DNA from: Promethearchaeia archaeon
Lineage (GTDB): Archaea > Asgardarchaeota > Lokiarchaeia > Sigyniarchaeales > SOKP01
Direction of reading: 5' to 3'
NCBI GenBank assembly: GCA_046497275.1
Contig: JAWOFX010000048.1
Coordinates: 1-29,901 of the forward strand
Length of the DNA: 29,901 nt
Position 1 is the stretch's first letter. Each line of letters begins with the position of its first letter. A model generated the notes under the pieces. The model saw only the letters and a program-made list of their open reading frames with translations. It did no database searches and was not told where the DNA came from. Both the position numbers and the translations under genes were made by a program. Positions 27,176 through 29,901 of the stretch are shown in pieces.

Positions 27176-27532
27176 TTATTCAAGTCTTTGGAAGATCTTC
27201 TGTATTCTCTTAGCAATTTGTTCTAAAAATTCTTCTCTTTCTCTAAGCTGATCTCTAATCTGTATAGAATCATCAATGTTCTCTTGAGAAGAGTAAATCT
27301 TATTAGAAAAAGATTCGATCTCTTGTTTGCTTATAATATTATCAAAATAAAATGGGATGAAACTACACAAATTCTCATATATACTTGCTAAGTAGTCGAG
27401 TATCATTGTGAGAATTACTTTTTCACTTAAATGTTCATCTACTCGTTTCATTAATTGCTCTTTCAATTCCTTTAATTTCACCTCATCAAATACCCATTTT
27501 TCCAAATATTCCTCTAAAGTGGATTCTTTCAT
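27176..27532 (-). CDS. Small helical hypothetical protein, apparently translationally coupled to the upstream gene
   Basis: 118 aa, charged and helical. Its ATG overlaps the upstream TAA by 1 nt (TAATG at 27534-27530). Confidence 0.7.
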   Translation of the reverse strand: MKESTLEEYLEKWVFDEVKLKELKEQLMKRVDEHLSEKVILTMILDYLASIYENLCSFIPFYFDNIISKQEIESFSNKIYSSQENIDDSIQIRDQLREREEFLEQIAKRIQKIFQRLE

Positions 27533-29901
27533 TAATATTTCTCCTTAATTTGTAAGTGAGTAAAATAATCATGAAGTTTGTGGAACAATCTAAGAAAATT
27601 TTCAAAATTTTCATGGATTCGAGCTCTTCGTTCTGACTCTTCTAATCCTCCTATTTTACATGAATCTAAAAGGTCATAAATTCTTTGCTGTGATATCGGA
27701 GGATTGAGATGCTCATAAAGAAATGATATAGCTTTTTCTGTCTGTTGTTGGGAAATCTCATTTTTCTCCTCTGAATAAAACTCACAGAAAAGATTTACGA
27801 AAAACTTCCGTAATATACTCATTTCAAGTAATAAGGCTTTCTCAAAGTCTTTTTTATTTAAGGAAAGATTAATTTGGGAAAGATCAAAGAAAAAATCTCG
27901 CATTAAGCATTCTAAAAATGTATCTATTAATTTTTTTTTATTAATATGATCCTCTTGTTCTTCTGAATATTCTCTATCTTCTGGAGGGAAAAGAGCTTCC
28001 AGTTTATACCCTTCATCCGATTCTTTTTCAATTGTCTCAACTTTTATCCCTAGTGGCTTTTCTTTTTTTGAATTAAAATAATCTTTTAGAGATTCACTAT
28101 ATTGTGGTCCCACAGAGTATGATGTTCTAATGGATTGCGACCTACTTGCTCGTCGTGGATGATCTTCAATAATATAATTATATTTAAGAAATAGATCGAA
28201 AAGCTTATCTCGTATCTCTTTAATTCTGAAGGAATTATTTTTAAATTTTTCTTTTGCTTTTGGATGGATTAATTTTAATAATTCTTCTTTGATCTTTGCT
28301 TTATATAAATTGCCCACTTTATCCAATTTACTCAAAACCTGGAAAAATTGTATTATCTCCTCCAAAAAGATAATATAATTATGAAAGTGAGTCTCAAAGA
28401 GTGTTTTATCTGTAGCAGATAAAATCCGATTCTCTGTATCAGTCAAATTATACCCTTGCCTAAACATATAGTTCACAATACTCTGATGGTCCATTTTTTC
28501 ACTATCATTTAATTCATTGTTTATCAAAATAGGGTAGGGTTGATTATAATCATCACGACGGACTAATGCTTCTCGTTCTTGAAGGTTTATGAGAAAATCG
28601 ATCTGATATGAATCATTTCGGCTATTGCTATAATATCCAACACCATGTAGTTCTGAGAGATTCATCATATTCTTAAGTGAAGAGATATCGCGTGAATCTA
28701 CTGCCCGAAAACTGATTATATTTCGAAAGTAGTTGAACACATTCGGATGTAGGTATCGAATTTGATTTGATGTGATGGTAAGTCCAAAGCCTCGCTGTTG
28801 TAATGGTTCTATTATCTTATTGATTTTTCCATACCTAAGATGGTTAAACCTATCTAAATACCAATTATCAAAGAGTATATCAGCATTGGGGATGATAAAT
28901 ATTTTTTGGAAATAATCCTCATACTGTTGAATATAATGAATAATTTTAGCGACAATTATAAAAGAAATAAAAATCTTTTGTTCAAGATCTTGAAGAATTG
29001 AGAGATCTAATATGATCGTGTGGTCATTCTGAACGAAATGATTGGGAAGGATCTCCAGCTCCTCTTCTTGTTCGTCTACTTTGGGAATATATATCGCATT
29101 TTCCGTGAAATCCTTAAATAAGGCGATAATAGAATCTGCATAAGGGCTTTTTTCCCATTTTTTCTGGGTTTCAATCTCCAATACCATTGTAGATAAGTCA
29201 ATATCTTTCCCCTCTCCAAATTTTTTGACATATTCTCGAAAAGTTTCGGTTGCTCTCTGATTTTGCTTAAATGACATTGCCCAAATATCCATTAAAAAGT
29301 CACGATATTGTCGCTTATATTTATCAAACAACAGGTCTGTATTTAAGGGATTGATGCGGAAGGTACTTCCCAATTTGAAACATAAAAATTTATCTTCATA
29401 TTTACTACCTTCAAAATATGTAAGCAATTTAGAAAAACTCCCAGAAAAGTCAAATATAATAGAAGGGATTCCTTTTTTCACCAATTCTGAAGTGATTTTA
29501 AGCAATGCATTCTCTCGATCCTCAAAACTTCCATTTGTAATTAATAGATTTTTCACTTGTTCGATAGTGAATCCAGCATCAATTTCCTCCTCTAAGAATT
29601 CGGTATTAATCGTGTGTCCTATATTAATCTCATTTAGTAGATTTAACGGAGAGTTAAATTCCGCAGCAATTCGAGTCTCTATTCCCTTCTTAAATTCAGG
29701 TGCAATTTCACATAGATTCATAAGCGATTTACCTTGGATCACAGAATAATCTAAATGAGTGCCTGTGAGGCGGAAAAACTTCGTCTTCATCATGGTTGCC
29801 ATTAGTCCTGAGATACGTGTCTGAGAAGAAAGTGTTTTAAGATGGTAATTGGGAAAATTTGCCTTATAAGTATTAATAAATTCCTTATGTGTAAGGTCTA
29901 A
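27532..29901 (-). CDS. Large HerA/FtsK/VirB4-like P-loop-fold protein with degenerate Walker motifs; 5'-truncated by the window edge
   Basis: The frame is open to base 29901 (LDLTHKEFINTYKANFPNY...). The HerA-like scaffold GIPSIIFDFSG, LG..FRINPL, RGFGLTITSNQ, NIISFR and REALVRR is present. Walker A reads LLITNGSFEDRE and Walker B reads IFIIPNAD. Confidence 0.7.
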   Translation of the reverse strand, partial: LDLTHKEFINTYKANFPNYHLKTLSSQTRISGLMATMMKTKFFRLTGTHLDYSVIQGKSLMNLCEIAPEFKKGIETRIAAEFNSPLNLLNEINIGHTINTEFLEEEIDAGFTIEQVKNLLITNGSFEDRENALLKITSELVKKGIPSIIFDFSGSFSKLLTYFEGSKYEDKFLCFKLGSTFRINPLNTDLLFDKYKRQYRDFLMDIWAMSFKQNQRATETFREYVKKFGEGKDIDLSTMVLEIETQKKWEKSPYADSIIALFKDFTENAIYIPKVDEQEEELEILPNHFVQNDHTIILDLSILQDLEQKIFISFIIVAKIIHYIQQYEDYFQKIFIIPNADILFDNWYLDRFNHLRYGKINKIIEPLQQRGFGLTITSNQIRYLHPNVFNYFRNIISFRAVDSRDISSLKNMMNLSELHGVGYYSNSRNDSYQIDFLINLQEREALVRRDDYNQPYPILINNELNDSEKMDHQSIVNYMFRQGYNLTDTENRILSATDKTLFETHFHNYIIFLEEIIQFFQVLSKLDKVGNLYKAKIKEELLKLIHPKAKEKFKNNSFRIKEIRDKLFDLFLKYNYIIEDHPRRASRSQSIRTSYSVGPQYSESLKDYFNSKKEKPLGIKVETIEKESDEGYKLEALFPPEDREYSEEQEDHINKKKLIDTFLECLMRDFFFDLSQINLSLNKKDFEKALLLEMSILRKFFVNLFCEFYSEEKNEISQQQTEKAISFLYEHLNPPISQQRIYDLLDSCKIGGLEESERRARIHENFENFLRLFHKLHDYFTHLQIKEKY

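Noticed and set aside
1-29901. CRISPR arrays, rRNA, integrases, transposases or an att-site duplication of the tRNA 3' end
   Set aside because: I saw no regularly spaced repeats, no rRNA-like GC-rich tract, no recombinase motifs and no second copy of the tRNA-Trp 3' end in the window.

Overview
This is a strongly AT-rich, gene-dense prokaryotic window with no rRNA, CRISPR array or recognisable mobile element. It is archaeal: it carries a TrmB regulator, a single GPN-loop GTPase and a tRNA with bulge-helix-bulge-type introns. The low GC, many lineage-specific membrane proteins and eukaryote-like enzyme subfamilies suggest an Asgard (Lokiarchaeia-like) host, which is inference and not a database result. 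From left to right the window holds: (i) a redox/sugar cluster (Fe-S old-yellow-enzyme, SdhA-like flavoprotein, SDR, GT87-like membrane protein, TrmB, a frameshifted membrane gene, eukaryote-type xylulokinase); (ii) an Lrp regulator with no canonical start codon, a variant nucleoside hydrolase and a homocitrate/isopropylmalate-synthase-family enzyme; (iii) a minus-strand run of an IFT52/GIFT-like plus coiled-coil protein, a sugar nucleotidyltransferase, a GPN GTPase and an NDT-like protein; (iv) DsrE, a DMT/NIPA-like transporter, a STAS/SEC14-like protein and a K+-independent membrane pyrophosphatase; (v) tRNA-Trp(CCA) split by two non-canonical introns (D-loop 21/22 and T-loop 59/60), which the ORF track does not show; (vi) pyroglutamyl peptidase and a YdjM-like hydrolase; (vii) a module of two GNAT-fold proteins, a polytopic membrane protein and a Zn-less ThiF enzyme; (viii) a catalytically degenerate HerA/FtsK-like protein overlapping a small ORF. 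The first and last genes run off the window edges. All family assignments come from motif recognition by eye, without database searches.
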